This document shows positions 10,881-19,282 of a stretch of DNA of 64,000 nucleotides, piece after piece. A program made the translations under genes and the position numbers. The notes under the pieces are model-generated. The model saw only the letters and a list, made by a program, of their open reading frames with translations, was not told the DNA's origin and made no database searches. The stretch spans positions 1-64,000 of the forward strand of contig CBDBIJ010000022.1 in NCBI GenBank assembly GCA_965205655.1. Direction: 5' to 3'. The number at the start of each line of letters is the position of its first letter. Positions within the stretch are counted from its first letter, which is position 1. The DNA comes from Candidatus Latescibacterota bacterium (lineage in GTDB: Bacteria; Latescibacterota; UBA2968; UBA8231).

Positions 10881-11239
10881 CTCCTATGATTAGATTAGTG
10901 GGGAGAATGTTGCATTGACCGATTGAATATACCGGAGGGCATCGTCAGTCTGAAGTTGCTGCCCAGCAGCGAGCGCACCGCTCCAGCTGCCTGCGGATTG
11001 AGGATCACATTGTCGACGAACCAGTCCTCCTCGAGAAGCTTCTCAGTCTGGCTATCGTGCAACAGAAACTCACAGGTCCTCCTGTTGACCTCGTCCGGCA
11101 CGGCCGTCTCGAATACGAGATATCCCTCTCGGCAAAACTTCATTACCTCGGCATCGGTGAGCGTCGGCTCGCATTCGTGCGTTATCATTCCCTCTCTCCG
11201 TCCGCATCGAGCGTCTCTCCCTGGCAAGTATAGAGCCGG

Positions 11240-11861
11240 TCAGTCGTTACCTCCAGATCTCAGCCCCGCACTCCTTCGAACATCACGCCCTCGATCGGAA
11301 CTTTGCTCAGTACGGAAAGAAAGCGCAGGTGATGTCGGCAAAGCTCTGAATCTCCATATCCGAGCCGAGTACGTAGAGGCCATACGTACGCTGCGGCTGA
11401 ACCGGCAGGAGATAGGCCTCTCGAGAGTGAATAGCCCCGGGCGACCTGAGAGTATGAGATGTGCACGGGCATCACTGCCAGCAACCAGGCGGCGATGAGG
11501 CCAGCAGAAGAGCTGTGGAGTAGATTTCGACCGAGGACGAAGACGAGTGGCACGGCAGGATACCGGCGGCAAACGCGGATAACCTCGCGGTCCAACTCTC
11601 TGTACCCAGGAGGCGTACCGAAAAACGAACTAAGAGGCTGTGCAGGATGTGATTGTTCGGTGCGGCGTCCGAGGTGACGATGCGTTCATAGGGCTGTGCA
11701 GCGATCGCCTCCAGCGTGTAGGCCTCGTCGTGTCCGAGGCTGCTTTCCAGCGTCTGGAGGCGCAGCGCGCAGGCGGCGATCACCGCGGCGAGAAGGAGGA
11801 TCGCACGCGTATGCGCGGAAGAGATCCATCTAGCAGACAGCGTGGCTATGGCGCCGGTCAT
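11240..11861 (-). pseudogene. Truncated, frameshifted GT-C (PMT/GT39-like) membrane glycosyltransferase
   Basis: Transmembrane segment then LRL...SLGHDEAYT (DE motif), NNHILHSLL, ARL, LLAVMPVHISYSQVARGYSL, spread over three frames. Only about 200 codons remain. Confidence 0.7.
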
Positions 11862-11895
11862 GCCCCAATATAGGGCGGATTCTGCACGGGCTGGT

Positions 11896-12592
11896 TTACA
11901 AATCAACCTCCTGCTGCCCTACGACCAGTGCCACTTTGTTGTTACCGGCGGCCGAGCGTACCGACTGGAGAAACGCGTTAGGCTGCGTGCCACTCTTGAG
12001 CATGACGATGAAGACGAGCTCCTGGAGCACCCCGCCGGACACCGATTCCATGGCCACCAACCGGCTCTCTGTTAGATGCTCACGAAAGACCGGCTCCAGC
12101 GTTTCTTCTTGGTCACCTCCCACCGGCATGCGCACTCGCAGGATCCGCTCCGTCACCTGCTTGTCGAACACGTCCAGCCTGTGCATGATGGTGATGACGA
12201 CAGCGAAAACGGCCGTCGCGAAGGCAGCCAGCATGTAGAACCTGGTGCCGCACGCCATGCCGATGGCCATCGCCAGAAACATGAAGCCGATGTCCCGTGT
12301 CTCCTTGACGGCGTTGCGGAATCGAATCACCGACAGGGCACCGACCAGTGAGAAGGCGCGCGCTATGTTTCGAGCCGATGATGAGCATGATGAGCCCGGT
12401 GACCATGCTCATGATGACGAGTGTCTGCGCGAACGACTGGGCGTAGGAGGTGCCGCGATGGGTGGCGCGCTAGACGAGACCGATCACCATCGATGTCGCG
12501 AAGCTCAGAAACAGGACGATGGCGACGTCCGCAAACGTAAAAACGCTGGTAACATCTTTGAAGCGCTCCATTTCTTTGATCAGCTCATCCAT
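11896..12592 (-). CDS. DUF4956-family membrane protein (in-frame TAG at 12470-12472, frameshift near 12368)
   Basis: MDELIKEM...IGLV*RATHRGTSYAQSFAQTLV...IIGSNIARAFSLVGALSVIRFRNAVKETRDIGFMFLAMAIGMACG; ACT-like C-terminus. Confidence 0.85.
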
Positions 12593-13352
12593 TCCCTACC
12601 CCCTCATCGAAGGCGCCGGCCTCGACCTCGCAGACCGGCGACAGAAGTTCCAGCTTTCTCAGGAGCTGGGCGCCAGCGCAGTACTTGCTGTACCGTCGCA
12701 GCTCGCATCGGTGTCGCGCCAGCATGTTCGCCAGCCACAGCGGTACCGCGTTGTTCGCCTTTACTTCCATGATCATCAGCGACGGCGCGGCGACGACGTG
12801 TCGCTCACTTGTCGACGACAGGCCCGAGGTCGCCGGGGCCGTCCACAACGAGTGGTCGAAAGTGACGCGGAGCCCGGGCTCGTACCGCCCACCCACGAAG
12901 GCGTTTCGCCTGTAGCCGACCACACAAGTCGGCTGCAATGCTAGAGCCCGGGCGAGAAAGGTCACTTCGTCTGCGACCACCGCGTCAGCCTCATCCTGGC
13001 CGCTGTATTCGAGTTGTCCGCTGCACAGCGTATAGGCCTCCGCCAGAGGCAGGCTCATCCGCCGCTTTTGAGTCGTGCGGTTGATGCGCTGTTTGATCTC
13101 CACGAATACGGCGGCATCCTCATCGTCGCCGTAGCGCCGGATACGGAGTTTGCGCCGAAACTTGATCCCCTCCCGTTTCGCCCGCATGAACGCAAGATCG
13201 GCCGTATCGTAGTAAAGGCTCGTGACGTTGTAGGAGCCATCCAGAGACGCATTGTGGTCCGGCAGCATCTGGGTATCGAGATCCTGCTTCAGCGCTTCAA
13301 CCTGGGCTGAGGTTACGACGTACTTCAGCTCGAACCGGTTGAAGCGCTTCAC
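12585..13352 (-). CDS. VTC domain (polyphosphate polymerase / triphosphate tunnel metalloenzyme) protein
   Basis: RFELKY, SLYYDT, KLRIRRY, EIKQR, YRRNAF, RVTFD, MEVK and YSKY motifs all intact. Confidence 0.9.
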   Translation of the reverse strand: MKRFNRFELKYVVTSAQVEALKQDLDTQMLPDHNASLDGSYNVTSLYYDTADLAFMRAKREGIKFRRKLRIRRYGDDEDAAVFVEIKQRINRTTQKRRMSLPLAEAYTLCSGQLEYSGQDEADAVVADEVTFLARALALQPTCVVGYRRNAFVGGRYEPGLRVTFDHSLWTAPATSGLSSTSERHVVAAPSLMIMEVKANNAVPLWLANMLARHRCELRRYSKYCAGAQLLRKLELLSPVCEVEAGAFDEGVGNG

Positions 13353-13903
13353 GGCGATCTCTCCAGCTTGACCGTCATCGGCTGGGCGGCGTCACCCGAG
13401 CGGTGATTTCCTCCCTTGAGACGCACCTCGACGAGCTGGGGAAATGGGCCGTCGCCCGGCAGCTGCCATATGAATGGCTCATCCCCCGAGGTGGTGCCGC
13501 GCCGCTCGCTGCCGCCCACACTCGCCCGGATCGTCAACCCCTCGCCGATCGGGCTCACGATGACGAGACTGTTCGCCCCCGCCGGCGCTCGTCGCAGCGC
13601 GTAGGCGTACCCGGAGTCGACGATGCCACCCGTGTTGGCAGAGATAAGGCCGCTCGGGGCGCCTTTCAGCATGTTGTCGGCCAGACCCGGATTGCGCTCC
13701 AGCGTCTGCCGCAGCAGTCCCACCTCGTCCCGTGAAAGAGCTCCGCGGCTTCCGAGCATGAGCTCGAGCTGCATTTGCCAGACCCGCTCGAGCGGCGGCG
13801 TCCGCAGACCCCAGCCGAAGAAAACGACACTCGCGAGGGCGGCCACTATAAGCCATACAAATCCCCCACCCGGTTTCGCTCGATAGCGCGCGGTTGGGGT
13901 CAC
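13349..13903 (-). CDS. Hypothetical protein with an N-terminal membrane anchor
   Basis: GTG at 13903 overlaps the upstream stop (GTGA) and its own TGA overlaps the VTC start. One hydrophobic helix, FVWLIVAALASVVFFGWG. Confidence 0.7.
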   Translation of the reverse strand: MTPTARYRAKPGGGFVWLIVAALASVVFFGWGLRTPPLERVWQMQLELMLGSRGALSRDEVGLLRQTLERNPGLADNMLKGAPSGLISANTGGIVDSGYAYALRRAPAGANSLVIVSPIGEGLTIRASVGGSERRGTTSGDEPFIWQLPGDGPFPQLVEVRLKGGNHRSGDAAQPMTVKLERSP

Positions 13904-16747
13904 ACTCCACCTCCGCCCGAGCGAGTCGACTGGTGATCGAAGCCTGACCAACCGAGAAGCTGCTGCGCCAGCTGCCCCGGAAACCCCTCCGTCGGGAGGA
14001 TCTTCCTGATCAGTTCGACATCGATCGGATTCCCACGCGCTTCCTCCATCGTCGTTTCACATTCGACGACGTACATATCGCTGGCGCCGATCCTGCTCGC
14101 GCCCTGGTAGTGGACGTCCCGCCGCTTCGTTGTCCATCGCCGTCTTCGTCCGGTAGATGAGGCTCCGCGCCACGCGGACCCGCGAGGCGTTCTTGGCCAG
14201 CACTCCCACACCGCTGTGACTGATAAACAGACTGTGTGCGGTCAGGTCGCTCTCCTCACCGGCAGACACGGCGTTGTTCGTGCACTCCGCGAGGGTGCTG
14301 TCCGAGATCCGGATCGTCGAACCCATGAGATCGACGCAATCGTCACCGGCGCCGGCGATGCGGATCCCCCGCAATTCTGCACTGGAAAATTCGAGATCGA
14401 TGCCGTCTGTTGGCGCTCCTGCAATGTCGATCTCACTCAGACTGGCACCCTCCAGATACGTCGTGTGCAGCACGTCGCCAGCATCGGTAATGCGACTGAA
14501 GCTCACAGCCTCGATCGTAATGTCACGCGTGTCGTAGATGTTCATGAAGCTCGGATACGTTACGCCCGTGTGCCCGACGACCCGCGTCCCGCCGTCGATG
14601 CGAACGTGCTTCAGAATCGAGCCGGCAGTGGCGGGTCCGTGGATGGCGATGCCCCCGAATGGCTGCGCTGGCTGCGAGCGCCCGATCTCTATCGGCTGCC
14701 GTGCGGTTCCGACAGCCGTCAGTGGGCCTCGGAAAATGAGACTCGCTTCGGGCCCCAGCTCGATCCGCGTTCCGGCGACGATCCTGACGTGCTGGTGTGG
14801 CGCGAATGTCTGCGTCGTCGGCAACTGAACGAGCGCCGGACCGAGCTCGACGATCTCCGGCTGCGGCTCTGGCTCGAACGACCATGGATGGGGTGCCCGT
14901 TGCCCCGCCGCGAATACCGGTACGGCGTCGGCCGCCGGCAGCGTCTGGGGCAACTCGGGTTCGACAGCTGACTGCGCCACCGGAACCAGGCGCGTCGAGC
15001 TGCCTGTCACCTGGTTGTCGAGGACGAGTGCCACGCCGACGGGCGCGCAGGGTGTTTTCAGATGGTAGCTGTATGTCCGCGGCTCTGCCACGACCCGCGC
15101 GGTTCCCCGCTTCGGGATCGGATCGGCTCTGCGCACCAGGGCCATGCCGGCATACAGGTCCTCGAATGCGGCCACCGGGCTGCCGCCGCCCACAGGGGCC
15201 GCCGCCACAGCGTGGTCCGCCTCGTCGAGGCGACCATCGCGATTGACGTCTGCGAACCAGGCGTGCTCGCCCTCGCACGGAGCGCTCACCTGCACTTCCC
15301 GCAGCCGATGGGCCCCCTCCCCATTCACTTCGACGTCGACCCGCGCCAGGGTTGGTGAAATGACGTACATGGTCGCCGACGCGCTCGGCATCTCCAGACA
15401 GTCGAGGAGAAAGCGAACCCGGCGGCTGTGGCCCTGTATCTCCGCCCGCGAGGCGAGAACCCACTTGGCCGTCGACATCGGCCGTACCATGAAACGGTGA
15501 AAGCGACTGACCCGGGGCAACAGTTTGTAGGCGTCCCAGTGTGCATCCGCGATCAGGTGCGGACGCATCTGTTCGAACAGTTCGTCCGCCCGCCTCCGCA
15601 CGTGCGGCACTGAAGCTTCTCCCAGAAGCAGCTCAAAGACGATCCTGTTGCGCCGTGCCAGGTAACCGGGAGTCATCTTGAGCCGTATTAGCAGGGGATT
15701 GTCGACGAGGTTGACGTGCGGCTCGTGGCGAAAACCGCGAAAACTCCAAGCCAGGGGCTCGAACTTTCCGCGGTACGGGTCGTAGTACAACTTGTGGTTG
15801 GTAAAGTAATCGTGTTCGTTGCCGCCGAAGACGACGTCGAGAGCGTCGAAGGTGGCGTACCGATCGAGATCGATCGTTTCCTCGGCGAACGACGCGAACC
15901 CGGCGAAACTCCCCTTTTGAACCGCGTCGAGCAGGCGATCGAGGGGCTCGAACTCTTCGTCGTGATCGGCGGCGCGGGACTCGACCTGCTGCCAGCCAGC
16001 GCGTGAGAAGAACAGTCCCCCCACACCGAGCCGGGGATCGATCTCGTCGGAGGAACCCGAGTACACGTTGCCGGGAATCCGGCGCCCGCGGCGCAGCACC
16101 CTCTCGGTGGGTTGTGCGGCGTAGCGGTACACGCCCATGTCGTTGTTGTTGAGGCGAACCCAGGCGGGATGGTATTCCGGCGCCAGCAGACCGAGCTCGC
16201 GGGCCAGATCGAAGATGAGCTGATCCTCCATGCCGAATGGCGTTGGATCGTTCAGCAGGTTGAAGATCCGCGTCCCGTCGATCAGATCGCCGCGCCCGAG
16301 ACGCAGCTTCATCGATTTCTGCTTGCCGAGCCAGTGCCACGGCTTGGTGCCGCGATAGCGCACTTTCATCTCGTTTATCGCCCCGTCCTTCTGGACGTGG
16401 CCTTTCACGTAGCCCCGCTTGCCGGAGTCCTTGCGCGGCTGATTCAGCCCGTCCAGGCTCTCCCGGGTCAGAGACAGCGAGAAGGTCGGCATGTCCTCAC
16501 TAACCGGCCGATCCTTGAGCGTTGTCCGTCGCAGGTCCCGAGTCAGCTCATCGTGCAGGGCGATCTGGAAAAGCTCCAAACTCCAGGGGGCTTCCACACC
16601 GCTGGCCCGGCTGTAGCGGTCGATCTGCGCGAAGGCGGACCACGAGTACCACACCACGGTCAGCAGCAGCGGCAGACTCATCAGCACACCCGTAGGTATG
16701 CTGATTTTGTAGAGCCGGAAACCGAATCGGTGCGTCGAGTAGATCAC
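13900..16747 (-). CDS. CotH kinase family protein with C-terminal parallel beta-helix domain (frameshift near 14120)
   Basis: N-terminal transmembrane segment; KVRYRG...KSMKLRL, ARELGLLAP, VRLNNNDMGVY, NHKLYYDP...FEPLAW; C-terminal DGIDLEFS/DDCVDLMGS/AVSAGEES beta-helix repeats. Confidence 0.85.
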
Positions 16748-16772
16748 GATGAGCCTTTACGGGCCGCTTCCC

Positions 16773-17936
16773 TCAGAAGCGGACCTGCGTCCACAGGTAG
16801 AGCCGATCGTCCGCAACATTATCGATCACGTCGCCTTCCTCCCACCGGAACTCGTAGTTGAGGAGCACGCGAAAGTCGTCGTTCGGCTCGCCGTAGTAGG
16901 CGCCCACAGTCCAACGAGTGAATTCATCGAGGAACGCCTCGTAGCGCAGCAAGGGACCCATCGGTCGCGCCATCTTGCCGATCACCGTCAGATAGTAGGC
17001 GTAGATCGTCTCCTCGTCGCCAAGCTCCTTCTGTGGTCCGATGGCGAACTCGCCGTTCACGTCGAATCTCGACCGCTCCAGCAGAAAGTCGGTGCCGGCC
17101 CGCTTGAACTTGATGAAGTGGCCGGTGACCGCGTCGGTCGAATCGGTCGCCGCGATGATCTCGTCTGGGTCCAGCCCTTCGAACTGGTCCCCGACAGCAC
17201 CGAAGATTCCCCACTGCCAGCCTCGGTCAGCTCCTCTTGCGTTGCGCAAGGCAGCTCGGCCGAAAAAGTTCTTCTTCTTGTTGTTGTCCCGCTGAACGTT
17301 CATGCCGGCGCCGTTGACGACGGTGGCATCGTAGCTGAATCGCGTGCCCCCTCCCAATGCCCGTCTTCCCATCAGAGTGACGCCGATATCCCGCAGGTTT
17401 AAACCGCGCGCCATGGCGCGCCATGCCATATTGTCCGACATCTCGGTCCGGTTGACGGTATAGAGCCAGCTCGACGAACGCCGATTCTCGAAGCCGAACG
17501 TCGTTTTGTGCTGGCCGACTCGCAGCCTGTTGGTGTCGCTAATCTTGAGATCGAAGTAGGCGTCGCGCAGCAGGCCGCCGACGTCGGGCGCCCGCGGGTC
17601 GATGTCCATCTCGTAGTTGAGGTACTTGTTGATCACCCCTTCGACTGACAGGCGCGCCCGCTGAACTCTGGAGCGACCTTCGTTGACCTCGCCGTCGCCG
17701 TTGCTGTCGATCGGCTGGTTGAGCACCTGGACCTGGATGTAGCCATAGACGTTCGGGCCGGTCGCCACATCCGGGTCGGCCTTCAGAACCGAATCCGATA
17801 TCGCCTCAGTGCCAGTATGGCCCCAGAGAAGGAGCGCGACAGGCAGCCATGCGGCAAGACCTCTTGCGGCAGGTCTACCGGTGCAAGATCCGCGCTCCAC
17901 AGCTGACTCTTTCGTTCTCCTGTTCGTCAGTCGCAT
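16773..17936 (-). CDS. Outer-membrane porin, phosphate-selective porin (OprO/OprP)-like
   Basis: VYGYIQ, VQRARL, LRDAYFD, LRVGQHKTTFGFE, RDIGV, DNNKKK; terminal ...WTQVRF beta-barrel signature. Confidence 0.8.
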   Translation of the reverse strand: MRLTNRRTKESAVERGSCTGRPAARGLAAWLPVALLLWGHTGTEAISDSVLKADPDVATGPNVYGYIQVQVLNQPIDSNGDGEVNEGRSRVQRARLSVEGVINKYLNYEMDIDPRAPDVGGLLRDAYFDLKISDTNRLRVGQHKTTFGFENRRSSSWLYTVNRTEMSDNMAWRAMARGLNLRDIGVTLMGRRALGGGTRFSYDATVVNGAGMNVQRDNNKKKNFFGRAALRNARGADRGWQWGIFGAVGDQFEGLDPDEIIAATDSTDAVTGHFIKFKRAGTDFLLERSRFDVNGEFAIGPQKELGDEETIYAYYLTVIGKMARPMGPLLRYEAFLDEFTRWTVGAYYGEPNDDFRVLLNYEFRWEEGDVIDNVADDRLYLWTQVRF

Positions 17937-18144
17937 GCCTCTCTTCCCTCCGTGTGATCCGTGGGTACTCGCGCCTTGCGGTATGGCGTCGGCGTGGATG
18001 GTCATGTGACGGTTGAGCAACGATTGTGCCCATCGGGCTGCCGGCCTCGTCCGTGGCCACAAAGCTTCCTCACACGGCCTGCAAGGCGAGATGTAGCCGT
18101 TTCTGGCCGGAACGGTCGTTATCTTGAGAAAAATGGAGGGAAGT

Positions 18145-18183
18145 CAGCGCTGGATTTTCAGCAGCGCTGGAGATTCAGCAGCG
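18145..18183. repeat. 2.3 tandem copies of a 17-bp unit, each full copy containing the palindrome CAGCGCTG
   Basis: CAGCGCTGGATTTTCAG CAGCGCTGGAGATTCAG CAGCG; adjacent TTGACA on the minus strand at 18192-18187. Confidence 0.7.
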
Positions 18184-18217
18184 GTCTGTCAACGATGAGG
18201 GAGCTGGATGGAGCGGA

Positions 18218-18379
18218 CTATTTCGCCTCCGCGCTACCGCCTCCTATACCAGTCGCCTTGCCGACGACTACGATGATGTACCGCAAGGTGATGAGAGCGG
18301 CGAGGATGCCGAGCACCTTGAGCCCGATGAAGCAGCCAACGAGAAAACCGCCGAGCATATGCAGCTGATAGGTCTTCAT
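18218..18379 (-). CDS. Small 53-aa hydrophobic protein (not in the ORF track)
   Basis: Strong RBS GGAGGTGA; MKTYQLHMLGGFLVGCFIGLKVLGILAALITLRYIIVVVGKATGIGGGSAEAK, ending at TAG. Confidence 0.7.
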   Translation of the reverse strand: MKTYQLHMLGGFLVGCFIGLKVLGILAALITLRYIIVVVGKATGIGGGSAEAK

Positions 18380-18498
18380 GCCTCACCTCCACAAGTGAAG
18401 TTGGACCTGAAGAATAGCCAATTGGGTCCACCTGCGCACCCGAGGAATCTTTCTCCTATGTTCCAATCTCTTGAACGAGTAGCCAACGGAGGATTCCC

Positions 18499-18876
18499 AT
18501 GCCCCGCCAACCAACGGCGTCACCTGACCAATTCATTCAGGGCGCACCCGTACTTCACGTGAAGGATACGGAAGGAACGGCCCAGTACTATCGGGACGTG
18601 CTCGGTTTCACCTGGGACTACGGTGACGATGTCTACTGTGTTGTCTGGCGAGACAACTCGGCCATTCACTTCTCGAAAGGAGAAGGCGCCTCGGGCGTGC
18701 ATCTCTTTCAGTGGGTGAAGGATGCCGACGCGATATACAAGGAAGTCACCGACAAGGGAGCGAAGGTTTCGACCGAGTTGGGGGACAGACCGTACGGTAT
18801 ACGGGACTTCGAAGTCACCGACCCCAACGGCGTGGTGTCCCGGTCCGATACCATGATGTGGTCATCGTCCCAGTAG
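18499..18876 (+). CDS. VOC/glyoxalase/bleomycin-resistance family protein with the C-terminal strand replaced
   Basis: APVLHVKD, YYRDVLGF, DRPYGIRDFEVTDPNG. The sequence after DPNGVV is antisense of the neighbouring gene. Confidence 0.8.
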   Translation: MPRQPTASPDQFIQGAPVLHVKDTEGTAQYYRDVLGFTWDYGDDVYCVVWRDNSAIHFSKGEGASGVHLFQWVKDADAIYKEVTDKGAKVSTELGDRPYGIRDFEVTDPNGVVSRSDTMMWSSSQ

Positions 18877-19259
18877 ATGGCGTCCAGCGGGGCCTCGAGG
18901 TCGGTGTAGGACCACAGGACCTCTCCGGAATCGCGGTGCAGAATCATCACCCGATGCTCACCGCGATACTCGGTGATCAGCACGTGTTCGCTGTAGGGGC
19001 CCGAGGGCAGGAAGTGGGCGGAGTGTGCTGCAGTGAGCAGCTTGCCGGTGCCCTCGACACCTCGCTCGCCGTAGAGAACCCTCATCTCGCCGGTAGAGCG
19101 GTTGATGATCAGAATGTCGTTGCCGTACTGCTCGGCGACGACGATCTCGTCGGGATTGAACGGATTCTCATTGGCACTGTGTGGACCGGAGAGCTCACCC
19201 TCTCCGATGCCGACATTGCCGGTTCCGTAGGACCAAATGACGTGTTGATCGAATCCCAT
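18836..19259 (-). pseudogene. N-terminal fragment of a beta-propeller-like (NHL/PQQ-type) protein
   Basis: MGFDQHVIWSYG...LSGPHSA...EIVVAEQYG...VLITEYR...GEVLWSY...HIMVSDRD, then runs into the antisense of the VOC gene. Confidence 0.6.
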
Positions 19260-19282
19260 TCGGTTTCCTACACGGGGCGGAT

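Larger units (their letters stand above)
9686..10933 (-). mobile_element. IS30-family insertion sequence
   Basis: 26-bp imperfect terminal inverted repeats CGCGAGTTCAACCAGTCAACGCAACA and reverse-complement GGTATATTCAATCGGTCAATGCAACA, resembling IS30 ends. Encloses a transposase. Confidence 0.9.
9095..11188 (-). pseudogene. Phytanoyl-CoA dioxygenase (PhyH) family gene interrupted by IS30
   Basis: N-part 11188-10934 (MITHECEP...FCREGYLV...FRLTMPS) joins in frame to C-part 9685-9095 (YLHNHL...WHRDG...GPTEILPGSH...VWHR). HxD and distal His are present. Confidence 0.9.
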
